Below, in pieces: positions 29,148 to 40,097 of a stretch of DNA of 64,000 bases; the first letter of the stretch is position 1, and every line of letters starts with the position of its first letter. Position numbers and translations under genes: made by a program. Below the pieces are notes generated by a model, which was not told where the DNA came from, did not search any database, and saw nothing but the letters and a program-made list of their open reading frames with translations. The DNA is from an uncultured Acidimicrobiaceae bacterium (GTDB lineage Bacteria > Actinomycetota > Acidimicrobiia > Acidimicrobiales > RAAP-2), in NCBI GenBank assembly GCA_963804325.1, contig CAWDPT010000003.1, positions 84,267 through 148,266 on the forward strand, given 5' to 3'.

Positions 29148-30857
29148 ATGTCCGTTCAATCTCCACAGTCGGCAATCTTCGCCCTCGCCGACGAAATCGT
29201 CGACCGACTCGCCGAGAGCGATCCTCTCTTCGCGACCGAGCAGGGTATTCCCGGCTACGACCATTTGCTGCCCGACTTCTCGGTCGCGAAGCGCCGTCGC
29301 GATCAGGCGCAGATCGTGCGCGACCTCCAGACGCTCGAGACCCTCGACGCGCACAGCGACATCGATCGCATCGCCGCCGCCGTCATACGAGAACGTCTCT
29401 CCGTGCAGCTCGCGCTCATCGAGGCCGACGAGGAGCGCCGAACCTTCTCGGTCCTCAACTCACCCGTCGCCGCGATTCGACAGGTGTTCGAACTCATGCC
29501 TCTCACCACTGCAGAGAATGGGAAGAACGTGGCTCGACGACTCTCGCATGTTCGCGCGTCACTTGAGACCTGGCGCGGCGCGTTACTGATTACCGCCGCC
29601 GAGCACGAGCTGCCGGCGGCGCGCCACATCATTGGCGTCGCCGATCAGGCCGACACGGTTGCCGGCGGTGCCTTCAGTGAGTTCGCCGAGCGCGCCGCTG
29701 CGGCAACCGGCGTCGACCTGGAGTCATCGGGACTGCGCGCCGGGGCGAAGGACGCCGAGGCGGCCTACGCCGAACTCGCGGCGTGGATGCGCTCGGACCT
29801 CGCACCAATGGCCTCGACGAAAGAGGCCTGCGGCGAGGAGCGCTACCTGCGGTGGTCCGCCTACTGGTCGGGAGCGACGCTCGACCTCCACGAACTGTAC
29901 GAATGGGGCTACCAGGACCTTCGCCGCATCAATACTCGGATGTGGGAGATCGCGCGCGAACTTCTGCCCGGGGCCAAGAGTCTCGTTGAGGTGGCCGACC
30001 TTCTCGACAACGACCCCGCGCGAGCGATCGACGGGACCGACGCACTGCTGACGATGTTGAAGGCCTTCACGGCGCGCACGACCGACGAACTCGACGGTGT
30101 GCACTTCGACATCGATGACCGCATCCGATTCTGCGACGCCCGACTCGCACCGGAGGGTTCGGCCGCGGCGCCGTTCTACATCAACCCGAGCGAGGATCTC
30201 AGCCGACCCGGCACGACGTGGTTCCCCACGATGGGCAAGACCCAGTTCTCGTGGTGGCGTTTCGCCTCCACCTGGTACCACGAATCGATTCCCGGTCACC
30301 ATCTCCAGATCGCGACGGCACTGTTGTCGTCGGATCGACAGAGCCGGTTCCACCGACTGGTCGGCAACACGAGTGGGTACGCCGAAGGCTGGGCGCTGTA
30401 CGCCGAACGGCTCATGGACGAACTCGGCTACTTCTCGGACCTCGGTGACGAACTCGGTTATCTCGCCAATCAGGCGCTTCGCGCGGCGCGCGTCGTCGTC
30501 GACGTCGGACTGCACCTCGAACTCGACGCTCCGTCGGACATGGGTGTCTTGGGCGATCTCGGCGACTGCTCGAACAAGCGTTGGACCGCTGAGATGGCCG
30601 TGGCGCTGCTCGAGGAGTGGGCGATCCAGGACCACCCGATGTCGGTCTCGGAGGTCGATCGCTACCTCGGGCTTCCGGCCCAGGCGATCTCCTACAAAGT
30701 CGGCGAGCGGATCTGGCTCGAGTCGCGTGAAGCCGCGAAGCAACGACTCGGCGACACGTTCAACTTGAAGGCCTTCCACGCGCACGCTCTGGTGCTCGGA
30801 CCAATGGGTCTCGACGACTTCGCGGCCGAGATGGCGCTCTGGGATGGTGGCCTCTAG
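29148..30857 (+). CDS. DUF885 family protein
   Basis: YHESIPGHHLQ, EGWALYAERLMDELG, EVDRY and QAISYKVG. Confidence 0.93.
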   Translation: MSVQSPQSAIFALADEIVDRLAESDPLFATEQGIPGYDHLLPDFSVAKRRRDQAQIVRDLQTLETLDAHSDIDRIAAAVIRERLSVQLALIEADEERRTFSVLNSPVAAIRQVFELMPLTTAENGKNVARRLSHVRASLETWRGALLITAAEHELPAARHIIGVADQADTVAGGAFSEFAERAAAATGVDLESSGLRAGAKDAEAAYAELAAWMRSDLAPMASTKEACGEERYLRWSAYWSGATLDLHELYEWGYQDLRRINTRMWEIARELLPGAKSLVEVADLLDNDPARAIDGTDALLTMLKAFTARTTDELDGVHFDIDDRIRFCDARLAPEGSAAAPFYINPSEDLSRPGTTWFPTMGKTQFSWWRFASTWYHESIPGHHLQIATALLSSDRQSRFHRLVGNTSGYAEGWALYAERLMDELGYFSDLGDELGYLANQALRAARVVVDVGLHLELDAPSDMGVLGDLGDCSNKRWTAEMAVALLEEWAIQDHPMSVSEVDRYLGLPAQAISYKVGERIWLESREAAKQRLGDTFNLKAFHAHALVLGPMGLDDFAAEMALWDGGL

Positions 30858-30962
30858 AGATCATCGCCACTCTCAGCGTTCGCTTCGAACCCTGCGGCAC
30901 GTGCGTTACCGTCTTTGTTGAGCAAAGGACGCAGTAATGACGATCACCAACCCCCTGACGGT

Positions 30963-31610
30963 GTGACGAACGAGGAACTGCGGATCGAGGCCGCATCGCT
31001 GATGCGCCAGCTGGGCCACGAGTTCGTCGCACGAACGCTGAACGACGATGAGCTGGAGACCCTGCGCCGCACGATGCGAACCCTGCTCGACGAGATGCGC
31101 ACCGCTCCCCCTCGCGTTCGCGAACTCTCGCGCGATCGACTCGAGGAGTTCACGCTGACCATCCCGACCTTCGACGAGATTGGCGAGCGCCAACTGTTTT
31201 CGGACTCCATCGTCGCGGGCGCCGCCAATCCGATGGGCCTCGCGGCGCAACTCTGGCGCGACGGCGACGTCGCGTGCGTGCGGGTCACGCTCGGCAAGGC
31301 GTTCGAAGGCGCCCCCGGGCGCGCCCACGGTGGCGTCATCGCCGCGCTCTTGGACGAAGTGATGGGGCTGATGAACGTGATCCACGGCGCGATGGCCTTC
31401 ACGGCGCAGCTCGACATCACCTACGTGGCACCGACGCCCGTCGGTGAGCCGATCATCGCTCGGGCGTGGCTGGCGCGTCGGGACAACCGCAAACAGTTCG
31501 TCGAAGCGACGCTGCACGCCGACGACGTGTTGGTCGCGAGCGCCAAGGCCCTCTTCATCTCGATCGATCGTTCGGTCTTCCTCGAACAGATTCTCACCTC
31601 CGAGGACTGA
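30963..31610 (+). CDS. PaaI family thioesterase
   Basis: FEGAPGRAHGGVIAALLDE; start uncertain. Confidence 0.85.
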   Translation: MTNEELRIEAASLMRQLGHEFVARTLNDDELETLRRTMRTLLDEMRTAPPRVRELSRDRLEEFTLTIPTFDEIGERQLFSDSIVAGAANPMGLAAQLWRDGDVACVRVTLGKAFEGAPGRAHGGVIAALLDEVMGLMNVIHGAMAFTAQLDITYVAPTPVGEPIIARAWLARRDNRKQFVEATLHADDVLVASAKALFISIDRSVFLEQILTSED

Positions 31611-31612
31611 GC

Positions 31613-32386
31613 GTGGCACTCTCTCTTCGCCACCAATTCGCTTCGAGCAAGGTCCCGCGCACGATCACGCCGACGTTCTGGGGATTGAAGATTCTCACCA
31701 CGGCGATGGGTGAGGCGACGTCGGACTACTTCGTGAACCGCTTCGACCCTCGTCTCGCCGTGGTGTGCGCCGCGGTCGTCTTCTTCGCCGTGCTCTGGTG
31801 GCAACTCAGTAGGTCCACGTACCGGACCGTCCCGTACTGGTCCGGCGTCGTGATGGTCAGCGTCTTTGGCACGATGTGCGCCGACGTCGTCCACGTCGAG
31901 TTCGGCGTTCCCTACGTCGTCTCGGCGATCGCCTTCGCGATCGTGTTGGTCGCGCTCTTCTGGGCGTGGTTCCGGGTCGAGGGCACGCTGTCGATCCACA
32001 GCATCGTCTCGACCCGACGCGAACTCTTCTACTGGGCGACGGTCACCGTCGCTTTCGCCCTCGGAACCGCGGTCGGTGACTTCACCGCCGTCGTGGCGAA
32101 ACTCGGCTACTTCAGCTCCGGTCTCCTCTTCACCGGACTCATTCTCGTGCCGGCATTGGGCAACTGGCTCGGGCGCTGGAACTCCGTGCTGATGTTCTGG
32201 ACCGCCTACGTCCTCACGCGGCCCCTCGGGGCGTCCTTCGCCGACTGGATGGGCAAGCCCAAGATCGTCGGTGGGCTTGGTTGGGGATCGGGCAACGTGT
32301 CGCTGACACTGACGAGCATCATCATCGTCGCCGTCGGCGTTTTGGCACTGTTCGAGGGGCGTTCGAATCGCGACGTTCGTCCGTAA
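31613..32386 (+). CDS. COG4705/DUF347 membrane protein
   Basis: SKVP..FWGLKILTTAMGEATSD, GTAVGD and LTRPLGASFADW. Confidence 0.9.
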   Translation: MALSLRHQFASSKVPRTITPTFWGLKILTTAMGEATSDYFVNRFDPRLAVVCAAVVFFAVLWWQLSRSTYRTVPYWSGVVMVSVFGTMCADVVHVEFGVPYVVSAIAFAIVLVALFWAWFRVEGTLSIHSIVSTRRELFYWATVTVAFALGTAVGDFTAVVAKLGYFSSGLLFTGLILVPALGNWLGRWNSVLMFWTAYVLTRPLGASFADWMGKPKIVGGLGWGSGNVSLTLTSIIIVAVGVLALFEGRSNRDVRP

Positions 32387-32395
32387 TATGGTGCA

Positions 32396-33352
32396 ATGCC
32401 CGCCATCTCCGTTGACAATCCACTCGAATTAGCGAAGGCCATCAAGCCCGAAACCACCGATCGACCACGCCGCGTGACGTCGATCACCACCGCACCGCGC
32501 GGACTCGAGGGCGAGGGATTCCCGGTTCGCCGCGCCTTTGCCGGCATCGACATGGCCGACCTCGACCCGTTCGTCCACATGGACCAGATGGGCGAAGTCG
32601 ACTACGGCCCGGGCGAGCCCAAGGGCACGCCGTGGCACCCGCACCGTGGATTCGAGACCGTGACCTACATGATCGACGGCACCTTCTTGCACCAGGACTC
32701 CATCGGTGGTGGTGGCGTGATCCAAAACGGCGCCACGCAGTGGATGACCGCCGGCGCGGGCATCTTGCACATCGAGCGCCCGCCGGACGCGTTGATCGAC
32801 TCCGGTGGTCTGTTCCACGGCATCCAGCTCTGGGTCAACCTGCCCGCGAAGCTCAAGATGACCAATCCCCGCTATCAGGACATCGAGGCCGAGTCGGTCT
32901 CGCTGTTGACCAACGAGAACGGCGACGCGATCATCCGCGTCATCGCCGGCTCCCTCGGCGGCATCGACGGGCCGGGATCGACCCACACGCCGATCGCGAT
33001 CTCACACGTGTCGCTTCTGCCCGGCGCGCAACTCTCGCTCCCCTGGAACCCGGCCTACAACGCACTCACCTACGTGCTCGCCGGTCAGGGCACCGTCGGA
33101 ATCGATCGCAGCCCGGTCGAGATGGGCCAGATGGCCGTGCACGTCGACGGCGAGTACCTGGAACTGAGCGCCAACGCGTCTCAGGACTCGCGTACTCACG
33201 CCTTCGAAGTACTGATTTTGGGCGGTGAGCCGATTCGCGAGCCCGTCGCGACCTACGGACCGTTCGTGATGAACACGCGCGCTGAACTACAGCAGGCCTT
33301 CGAGGACTACGAGGCCGGTCGTCTCGGTCAGATCCCGGCGGAGCACATCTAG
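32396..33352 (+). CDS. Pirin family protein
   Basis: WHPHRGFETVTY, QWMTAGAGILH and GPFVMN. Confidence 0.95.
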   Translation: MPAISVDNPLELAKAIKPETTDRPRRVTSITTAPRGLEGEGFPVRRAFAGIDMADLDPFVHMDQMGEVDYGPGEPKGTPWHPHRGFETVTYMIDGTFLHQDSIGGGGVIQNGATQWMTAGAGILHIERPPDALIDSGGLFHGIQLWVNLPAKLKMTNPRYQDIEAESVSLLTNENGDAIIRVIAGSLGGIDGPGSTHTPIAISHVSLLPGAQLSLPWNPAYNALTYVLAGQGTVGIDRSPVEMGQMAVHVDGEYLELSANASQDSRTHAFEVLILGGEPIREPVATYGPFVMNTRAELQQAFEDYEAGRLGQIPAEHI

Positions 33353-33789
33353 TTCTGCGTCGAGCGGTGCACGAGGAACGTGCCCGTCGAGCGACTGATG
33401 AGTTTGCCCTCGTCACTCGCGATCGTCGCCTCGGCGTAGGCGATCTGGCGCGTCAGGCGGACCACGTCACCGCGCACGACGTAGTGGCCCTCGAGCAGGG
33501 CCGGTCGCATCAGTTCGGTCGTCATCTCGATCGTCGCCTCCGTGCGGTCGCGACCGACCAGCGCAGCGTTGATGGCGAAGTTCATCGCGGCGTCCAAGAT
33601 GACCGAGTGGACACCGGCCTGGACCGCGCCGTGGGGATTGCACGCCAGCGCCGTCGGCGTGAAGGTGCCGCTCACCCACCCGAGGTCCTCGCCGTCGACG
33701 CCGTAGCTGGCAAAGGCACCGCCAATGGCGCCAATGACCGCCATCCCTCCGTCGCCGAGCCAGCGTTCCATGCTCTTTCGTTCGCTCAC
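33349..33789 (-). CDS. PaaI family thioesterase
   Basis: NPHGAVQAG...LDAAM hot-dog motif. Confidence 0.82.
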   Translation of the reverse strand: MSERKSMERWLGDGGMAVIGAIGGAFASYGVDGEDLGWVSGTFTPTALACNPHGAVQAGVHSVILDAAMNFAINAALVGRDRTEATIEMTTELMRPALLEGHYVVRGDVVRLTRQIAYAEATIASDEGKLISRSTGTFLVHRSTQN

Positions 33790-33863
33790 GCCAGCGACGC
33801 TAGCCGTACTCGCCAGTAGGATTCTCCCTGCGGGTAGAGCCCGCGAAGGACGAAAGGCTCGAG

Positions 33864-35042
33864 ATGCCAGTAGCAGTGATCGTGGACGCAGTACGCACAC
33901 CCGGCGGCAAGCGCAACGGGAAACTGAAGAACTGGCACGCCGTCGACCTCGCGGCCGAGGCCCTGAAGGCCATCGCGAGTCGTAACAACCTCGACCCCGC
34001 GTTGGTCGATGACGTCATCATGGGCTGCGTCTCCCAGGTCGGTGAGCAGGCCTTCAACGTCGGGCGAAGCGCCGTCTTGGCGGCCGGTTGGCCCGAGTCG
34101 GTGCCGGCCACGACGATCGACCGCCAGTGTGGTTCGTCCCAGCAGGCGCTGCACTTCGCCGCCCAGGGCGTCATGTCCGGCGCCTACGACATCGTCGTCG
34201 CCGCCGGTGTCGAAGTGATGTCGCGCGTCACCATGGGCTCGTCGATCGGCAAGGACTCCGGCTGGCCCTTCGGACCGAGCGTGACCGCGCGTTACGAACC
34301 GGTCGGCGGACTGAAGAATCAGGGCATCGGAGCCGAGATGATCGCCGACCAGTGGGATGTCTCGCGTGAGGACCTCGACACCTTCTCGGCCGAGAGTCAT
34401 CGCCGCGCCGCCAAGGCGACGGCCGAGGGTCGCTTCGACAATGAGATCGTCCCGGTTTACGTGCGCGACGACGAGGGTCACGCCACCGACGAACTGATGA
34501 AGACCGACGAGGGCATCCGCCCGGACTCCTCGGTCGCGACGCTCGGGAACCTCAAGCCCGCGTTCAAGGAGGACGGCAAGGTGACGGCCGGCAATTCGTC
34601 GCAGATCACCGACGGCGCCTCGGCGGTCTTGATCATGAGCGAGGAGAAGGCCAAGGAACTCGGCTACACGCCGCGGGCTCGCTTCCACTCGTTCGCTCTC
34701 GCTGGCGTCGACCCGGTCACGATGCTGACCGGTCCGATCCCCGCGACCCGGAAGGTGTTGGAGCGCGCCGGCTTGACGTTGGACGACATCGACCTCATCG
34801 AGATCAACGAGGCCTTCGCCTCGGTCGTGTTGGCCTGGCAGAAGGAGCTCGACGTCGACCTCTCGAAGGTGAACGTCAACGGCGGCGCGATCGCGTTGGG
34901 TCACCCGCTCGGCGCCTCGGGCGCGAAGCTGTGCGCCACGTTGGTGAACGAACTCGAGCGCACCGGTGGTCGCTACGGGCTGCTCACGATGTGCGAGGGC
35001 GGCGGACTCGCCAACGCGACGATCATCGAGCGCGTGGGCTAA
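33864..35042 (+). CDS. Acetyl-CoA C-acyltransferase (thiolase)
   Basis: DRQCGSSQQA, NEAFA, GHPLGASG and MCEGGG. Confidence 0.96.
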   Translation: MPVAVIVDAVRTPGGKRNGKLKNWHAVDLAAEALKAIASRNNLDPALVDDVIMGCVSQVGEQAFNVGRSAVLAAGWPESVPATTIDRQCGSSQQALHFAAQGVMSGAYDIVVAAGVEVMSRVTMGSSIGKDSGWPFGPSVTARYEPVGGLKNQGIGAEMIADQWDVSREDLDTFSAESHRRAAKATAEGRFDNEIVPVYVRDDEGHATDELMKTDEGIRPDSSVATLGNLKPAFKEDGKVTAGNSSQITDGASAVLIMSEEKAKELGYTPRARFHSFALAGVDPVTMLTGPIPATRKVLERAGLTLDDIDLIEINEAFASVVLAWQKELDVDLSKVNVNGGAIALGHPLGASGAKLCATLVNELERTGGRYGLLTMCEGGGLANATIIERVG

Positions 35043-35054
35043 CTCAGCGAGTAG

Positions 35055-35333
35055 TTACTTGTAGCGCGTGGCGAGGTAGAAGCCGGAGAACATCACCAGC
35101 AGACCGCTGACGAGATACCAGGACGACACCGAGCCGGGCAAGACCGACAGGTAGTTCAAGACGATGACGAGCATGCCCACGGCGAGCAGCGCCACGATCA
35201 GCCATCCGTACCAACGAGGGCTGTGGTCCTCGCCGACGGGACGCTTCGCGGTGACCTTGCCGCGCGCCTCGGGCGCGACGTAACGGCCAACGTTCTTGTT
35301 GCGGCTACCCGGTTTCGATGTCGATTTCGCCAT
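35055..35333 (-). CDS. crgA: Cell division protein CrgA
   Basis: Basic N-terminus, SPRWY and two TM helices; located downstream of pknB. Confidence 0.85.
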   Translation of the reverse strand: MAKSTSKPGSRNKNVGRYVAPEARGKVTAKRPVGEDHSPRWYGWLIVALLAVGMLVIVLNYLSVLPGSVSSWYLVSGLLVMFSGFYLATRYK

Positions 35334-35360
35334 GGGGCTCAATGCTACTGAACGGGCCAA

Positions 35361-37313
35361 CTACAACGTCGTGGTCGTGGTCGGCGGTGGTTCCGTCGAC
35401 GATTCACAGACCGAGATGGTGATGTTCGAGTTGTAGGGCACGTACGTGGTGACCGCGAGGCTCTCCATGGTCACGATGTTCGAGGCCGCTTGACTCGGCG
35501 AGCACGTCGAGGGGTCGGCCGGAGTTACATTCACCTGGAAGTGATCGCCCGAGAGAATCGAGGTCGCCTGGGTCTGGGACTCGTCGATGACCGACGGCAC
35601 CTGGATCTTGCAGTACCCCGTCGACACCGTCAGGGTCACTTGATCACCGGGATTGACCAACGTGTAGGCCGCGGGATTCGAACTCACCACCAGCCCGATG
35701 CCCACGGTGTCGGAACAGGCCTTCAACTGGGTAGGTGCAAGTGAGAGACCGTCCTGAAGGATTACCGCGTTCGCTTGGTTGGTCGAGTCGTTGAGGAGCG
35801 AAGGCGCCGGGAACTGCGCATCCGGTGACAGCACGTAGATCGTGACGACCTCACCAGCACGACCATGTGTCAGTGCCGCCGGGACTTGCGACAATACCGT
35901 GTTCGGATTGATGTTGGTCGTTCCTGGCGGCACTGTTTTGAGAGTGAGGAGGTGGACGTTGAAGTTTAACGGCGAGGCCCCAGTTCCGTTGTCGCGGCCG
36001 TCACGGAGAGACCCTTCACGCTCGGAATTATCTCTGGCGCCGCTTGGGCACCGAGGCTCACTGTCACGATGACGTGCTCCCCCTTGCTCAACGTGGCCCC
36101 GGACGCGGGGTCGGTCGAGATGACGTGGTCCTACGCTCACCGTCGACGAGTTGATTGACACCACTTTCGGCTTCACCGAGATCCCGGTGTTGGCAATCTT
36201 CGAGAGTGCGGCGCTCTCGCTCTTACCGACGAGATCGGGCATCGCCGCAGTGGGCGGCGCTGACTTTCGCGTGAGCCCGTACGCGATACCGCCGCCGATG
36301 AGAAGCACGATGATGACAACGACGATGATCCCCGAACCACTGCGACGTCTACGGATGTCCGTGCGCGGTCCCGTCATCATCGGCACCGCCTGCGTTCGTT
36401 CGCCGGGCGCGACCTTGCTCACGGCGCGCGTCGCGTCTTGTCCGAAGAAGGCGACGTCGCGTTGCGCCGCACGGACCGGCTGACCTTCGCTGAAACGAAC
36501 GAGGTCCGAGCGCAGGTCCTCGGCCGACTGGTAGCGGCGATCGGGAGACTTCGCCAACGCCTCCATCACGATCGCCTGCAAGTCCGAGGGAATCGCTGGG
36601 TTGAACTCCGACGGCGGCGGTACCGTGCCGTGCACGTGCTGACTCGACACTTCGACGGGTGAGTCGCCGATGAACGGGGGACGTCCGGCGAGCATCTCGT
36701 AGAGGACGACGCCGAGCGAATAGATGTCGCTTCGTCCATCGACCGCCGCGCCCTCGGCCTGTTCGGGCGAGAAGTACGTGGCGGTCCCCATGACCGAGCC
36801 TTCTTCGGCCAACTGGTCTTCGACCGACATCGCTTGGGCGATGCCGAAGTCGGTCACCTTCACCTGACCGTCACTGGCGATCAATATGTTGCCCGGCTTC
36901 ACGTCGCGGTGGACGACGCCGTTGCGATGCGCGTAACCGAGGGCGGCCGCGACCTGCGCCATCAAAATCGCTGAATGCGACGCCGTGAGCGTTCGCCCAC
37001 CGCGCAACATGTCGGCGAGCGACGTTCCGTCGACCAATTCCATGACGATGAAGTAGGTCCCGTTGTCCTCGCCCCAGTCAAAGACCGGCACGATGTTGGG
37101 GTGCGAGAGATTCGCCGCCGCCTGCGCTTCTCGCCGGAATCCCGCAACGAACAACGGGTCGGCGCTGAGTTCGGGATACAGCGTTTTCAAGGCGACCGGA
37201 CGATTGAGCAGGGTGTCCTGTGCCCGATAGACGATGGCCATTCCACCGCGCGCGATGAGGTGCGTTACCTGATAGCGACCTGAATACAGTCGGGGGTCAT
37301 CTACAGGCTCCAT
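35361..37313 (-). CDS. pknB: PASTA-domain Ser/Thr kinase PknB
   Basis: IARGGMA, VALK, HRDVKPGN, DFG, TM and PASTA repeats; about 50 codons near 35980-36129 appear off-frame. Confidence 0.92.
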   Translation of the reverse strand: MEPVDDPRLYSGRYQVTHLIARGGMAIVYRAQDTLLNRPVALKTLYPELSADPLFVAGFRREAQAAANLSHPNIVPVFDWGEDNGTYFIVMELVDGTSLADMLRGGRTLTASHSAILMAQVAAALGYAHRNGVVHRDVKPGNILIASDGQVKVTDFGIAQAMSVEDQLAEEGSVMGTATYFSPEQAEGAAVDGRSDIYSLGVVLYEMLAGRPPFIGDSPVEVSSQHVHGTVPPPSEFNPAIPSDLQAIVMEALAKSPDRRYQSAEDLRSDLVRFSEGQPVRAAQRDVAFFGQDATRAVSKVAPGERTQAVPMMTGPRTDIRRRRSGSGIIVVVIIVLLIGGGIAYGLTRKSAPPTAAMPDLVGKSESAALSKIANTGISVKPKVVSINSSTVSVGPRHLDRPRVRGHVEQGGARHRDSEPRCPSGARDNSEREGSLRDGRDNGTGASPLNFNVHLLTLKTVPPGTTNINPNTVLSQVPAALTHGRAGEVVTIYVLSPDAQFPAPSLLNDSTNQANAVILQDGLSLAPTQLKACSDTVGIGLVVSSNPAAYTLVNPGDQVTLTVSTGYCKIQVPSVIDESQTQATSILSGDHFQVNVTPADPSTCSPSQAASNIVTMESLAVTTYVPYNSNITISVCESSTEPPPTTTTTL

Positions 37314-37352
37314 ATGGCGCCTAGCCTACGCTCTCACGATTCGGGCAAATTC

Positions 37353-38895
37353 TCATTTGCGCACGGTCGTCGTCGTGGTCGCCGTTGGATACGTCCCCGC
37401 TTGCATCTCGAAGAACGCATCGACGAGCGCCTTCACGACCGGACCCGCGACCGTCGCACCGAAGTTCGCGGTCGGCTGAAACGGCAGGACGACGGCGACG
37501 GCGATCGTCGGATTGGTGGCCGGCGCAAAGGCGATCAGCCAGTCGTCGGTCTCCTTCTTCACGTTGCCCGTCTGGGCGGTACCGGTCTTGGCCGCGACGT
37601 CGTATTGGGCGGGGAACCCCACGCCGGACGCTGTGCCTTCGGTGACGACTTTTTCCATCAACGGGACGATGAATCCGGCCTGGGTCGCGGTCAACGGCGT
37701 CTTCCACACCGAGTCCTTGTAGCGCTTGATGACGTTGCCGTTCGGGCCCGTGACGAAGTTCAAGAGGTGCGGGGTCATCTCGACGCCGCCGTTGCCGACC
37801 GCCGCGGCGACGAGGGCGTCTTGCAGCGCCGAGGCACGCACATTCTGTTGTCCGATCGCCGATTTGGCCAGGCCGGGTATGTCGTTCGCGAACGACGCGG
37901 CGGTCGGAAAGTAACTCGGCGAGACGAGCGGGTTCGGGAGGTCGAGGGGCGGTATAGCGTCATAGCCGAACGACGTCGCCGCCTTGAACATGTAGTCGGC
38001 GCCGAGGTCGATCCCGAGCAACGCGAAGCCGGGGTCACACGACGGAGGCAGCATCTCTGCGATGTCGCCGCCGCACGGCTTGCCCCCGCTGTTGCAGAGC
38101 AACTGAGGTCGTATCGGGCAACGTCGTGCACGCGCCGCCGTCACGATTGCTGTTGAAGTCTTTGAGCAGATCGGCGGGCTTGGAGACCACCGCCGCGGCC
38201 GTCGTGATCACCTTGAAGGTCGAACCCGGTGGGAACGTCTGTTGCGTGGCCACGAGTCCCAGCGGCGGAAATCCGTTGGCGTCCGGTTTGATATAGCGGA
38301 TCCGAGCAGCCGTATCGACGGCTTCGATTGGCGACGTCAGGGGAACGGGGTTGTAGTTCGGATTCGAGTACATGGCGAGCACGGCCCCGGTCTTTGGATC
38401 GAGCGCCACGGCGGCCCCGTCGATTCCTTTGAGGGCCGCTCGCGCGACCTGTTGGAGCGCCGGTTCAATGGTCAACGTCACCGTGTCGGCGGCGCTGGTC
38501 GGCGCGAGCAGTTGTTCGAAGCTCTGGGGCGGTTGTTGATGGGCCGCGAGCAGTCCGTTGTACTCCTCCTCGATGCCGTACGTGCCGTACCACGGAGACG
38601 AGTAGCCCACGACGCCCGACATCAACGAGCCAAACGGGTACACGCGGCGATACGGGAAATAGGGGATGTTCGGATTGGACGATGCGGTCTGCTTGGCCGA
38701 GTAGGCCAGTACGGCACCGTTGGCCGCAAGAATCTCACCGCGCGGGAACTGTGCTGATGGATTCGAGTTACGCGGGTTGCTAGGACTGGCGATGAGCGCA
38801 GGCGCTCGAAAGAACTGGATGTTCGCCGACTGCGCGACGATAACGGCGAAGAGCAAGAGGATGATCGTGGCCAGGATGCGTAGACGTCGCGACAT
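37353..38895 (-). CDS. pbpA: Class B penicillin-binding protein PbpA (frameshift near 38105)
   Basis: TM, RGEIL, PPGSTFK (SxxK), then SCD and KTGTAQ in a second frame. Confidence 0.88.
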
Positions 38896-40097
38896 CAGCC
38901 CGCCTTCAATGTTGTCGTCGTCGATGTGGTGGTCGTCGGGGTGGTCGGGCCGGTCGTGGAGGCGGCGCAGCTCGTTGACTGACTACAGATGTACGTCGCG
39001 TAGGCCACGGCACTGCCGAGTGTCGGCTTCTGGATCGTCTGGGACAACAGGCTCTGATCGATGTTGTTCAGATCCTTGACCTTGAAGTTCGTGTCAGCGA
39101 CGTCGATCGGCTTGAACCAGAGGACGCCGCCCGGCTGGCCTTGATAGATCGCCACGTAGCCAGCGTCGTTCCCCAAGTAGTAGGTCGAATAGGCGTACCA
39201 GTGGACGATGAAGTACGCGCCCACGAATACGCCGACGAAGATCAGCACGGCGGCGGGGGGGCGCCACGAGAGGCGACGATGCTTGCGGCGTTTCGCTGCG
39301 ACGGGCGTCGCGGCCCGAGCGACCGGAGGTAACGTCGAAGAGATCGTCCGCTTGATGGGTGTCGACGCGACGGAAACGTCGTCGAACTCGATGAGTACGG
39401 CGGTGATGTTGTCGCGACCGCCGGCCTCTTTGGCGGCCTCGACTAACTGCACGACCGACTCTTCGAGGGTGAAGGGCGCGCTCGACAGTCGTGCCAGCGT
39501 GTCGTTGTCCAGTTCATTGGAGAGTCCGTCACTACACAGCAGCAGCCGATCACCGGCCAACGCGTGTACCGACATGACGTCGACGGCAATCGTCTCTTCG
39601 ACCCCGATGCCCCGCGTGAGCTGGTGGCGACGCGGATGCACCGCCGCCTCTTCGGGCGTGAGTCGACCCATCCGCACCCACTCTTCGGCCACGCTATGGT
39701 CCTCCGTCAATTGACGAAGTGCGCCATCGCGTAGTTGGTAGGCCCTTGAGTCGCCGACGTGACACAACGTCGGTGACGTGACGCCCTCGTCATCGACCGT
39801 CAGGCCCAGTGCGATCACCGTCGTACCCATGCCGAAGTGGTTGGGATTCTCTCGCGCGTCATTCAACACGGTGATGTTCGCGGCGTTGATCGCGTTGTAG
39901 AGACCTTCAACGGTCGCGTTCTCAACGAAGCCCGAGTGCAGCATCTCGATCGTCATCTCCGAGGCGACTTCGCCCGCCGCGTGTCCACCCATGCCGTCGG
40001 CCACGATGGCGAGCGATTCGTCAACGTAGACCGCGTCTTGATTCGATTGACGTACCAGTCCGGTGTCGGTCGCCTCTGCGTGACGCCAATGCGTCAA
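38895..40097 (-). CDS. pstP: PP2C-type Ser/Thr phosphatase
   Basis: VADGMGGH, HVGDSRAY, LLCSDGL, GGRDNIT and a C-terminal TM. Confidence 0.93.
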   Translation of the reverse strand: MTHWRHAEATDTGLVRQSNQDAVYVDESLAIVADGMGGHAAGEVASEMTIEMLHSGFVENATVEGLYNAINAANITVLNDARENPNHFGMGTTVIALGLTVDDEGVTSPTLCHVGDSRAYQLRDGALRQLTEDHSVAEEWVRMGRLTPEEAAVHPRRHQLTRGIGVEETIAVDVMSVHALAGDRLLLCSDGLSNELDNDTLARLSSAPFTLEESVVQLVEAAKEAGGRDNITAVLIEFDDVSVASTPIKRTISSTLPPVARAATPVAAKRRKHRRLSWRPPAAVLIFVGVFVGAYFIVHWYAYSTYYLGNDAGYVAIYQGQPGGVLWFKPIDVADTNFKVKDLNNIDQSLLSQTIQKPTLGSAVAYATYICSQSTSCAASTTGPTTPTTTTSTTTTLKAG

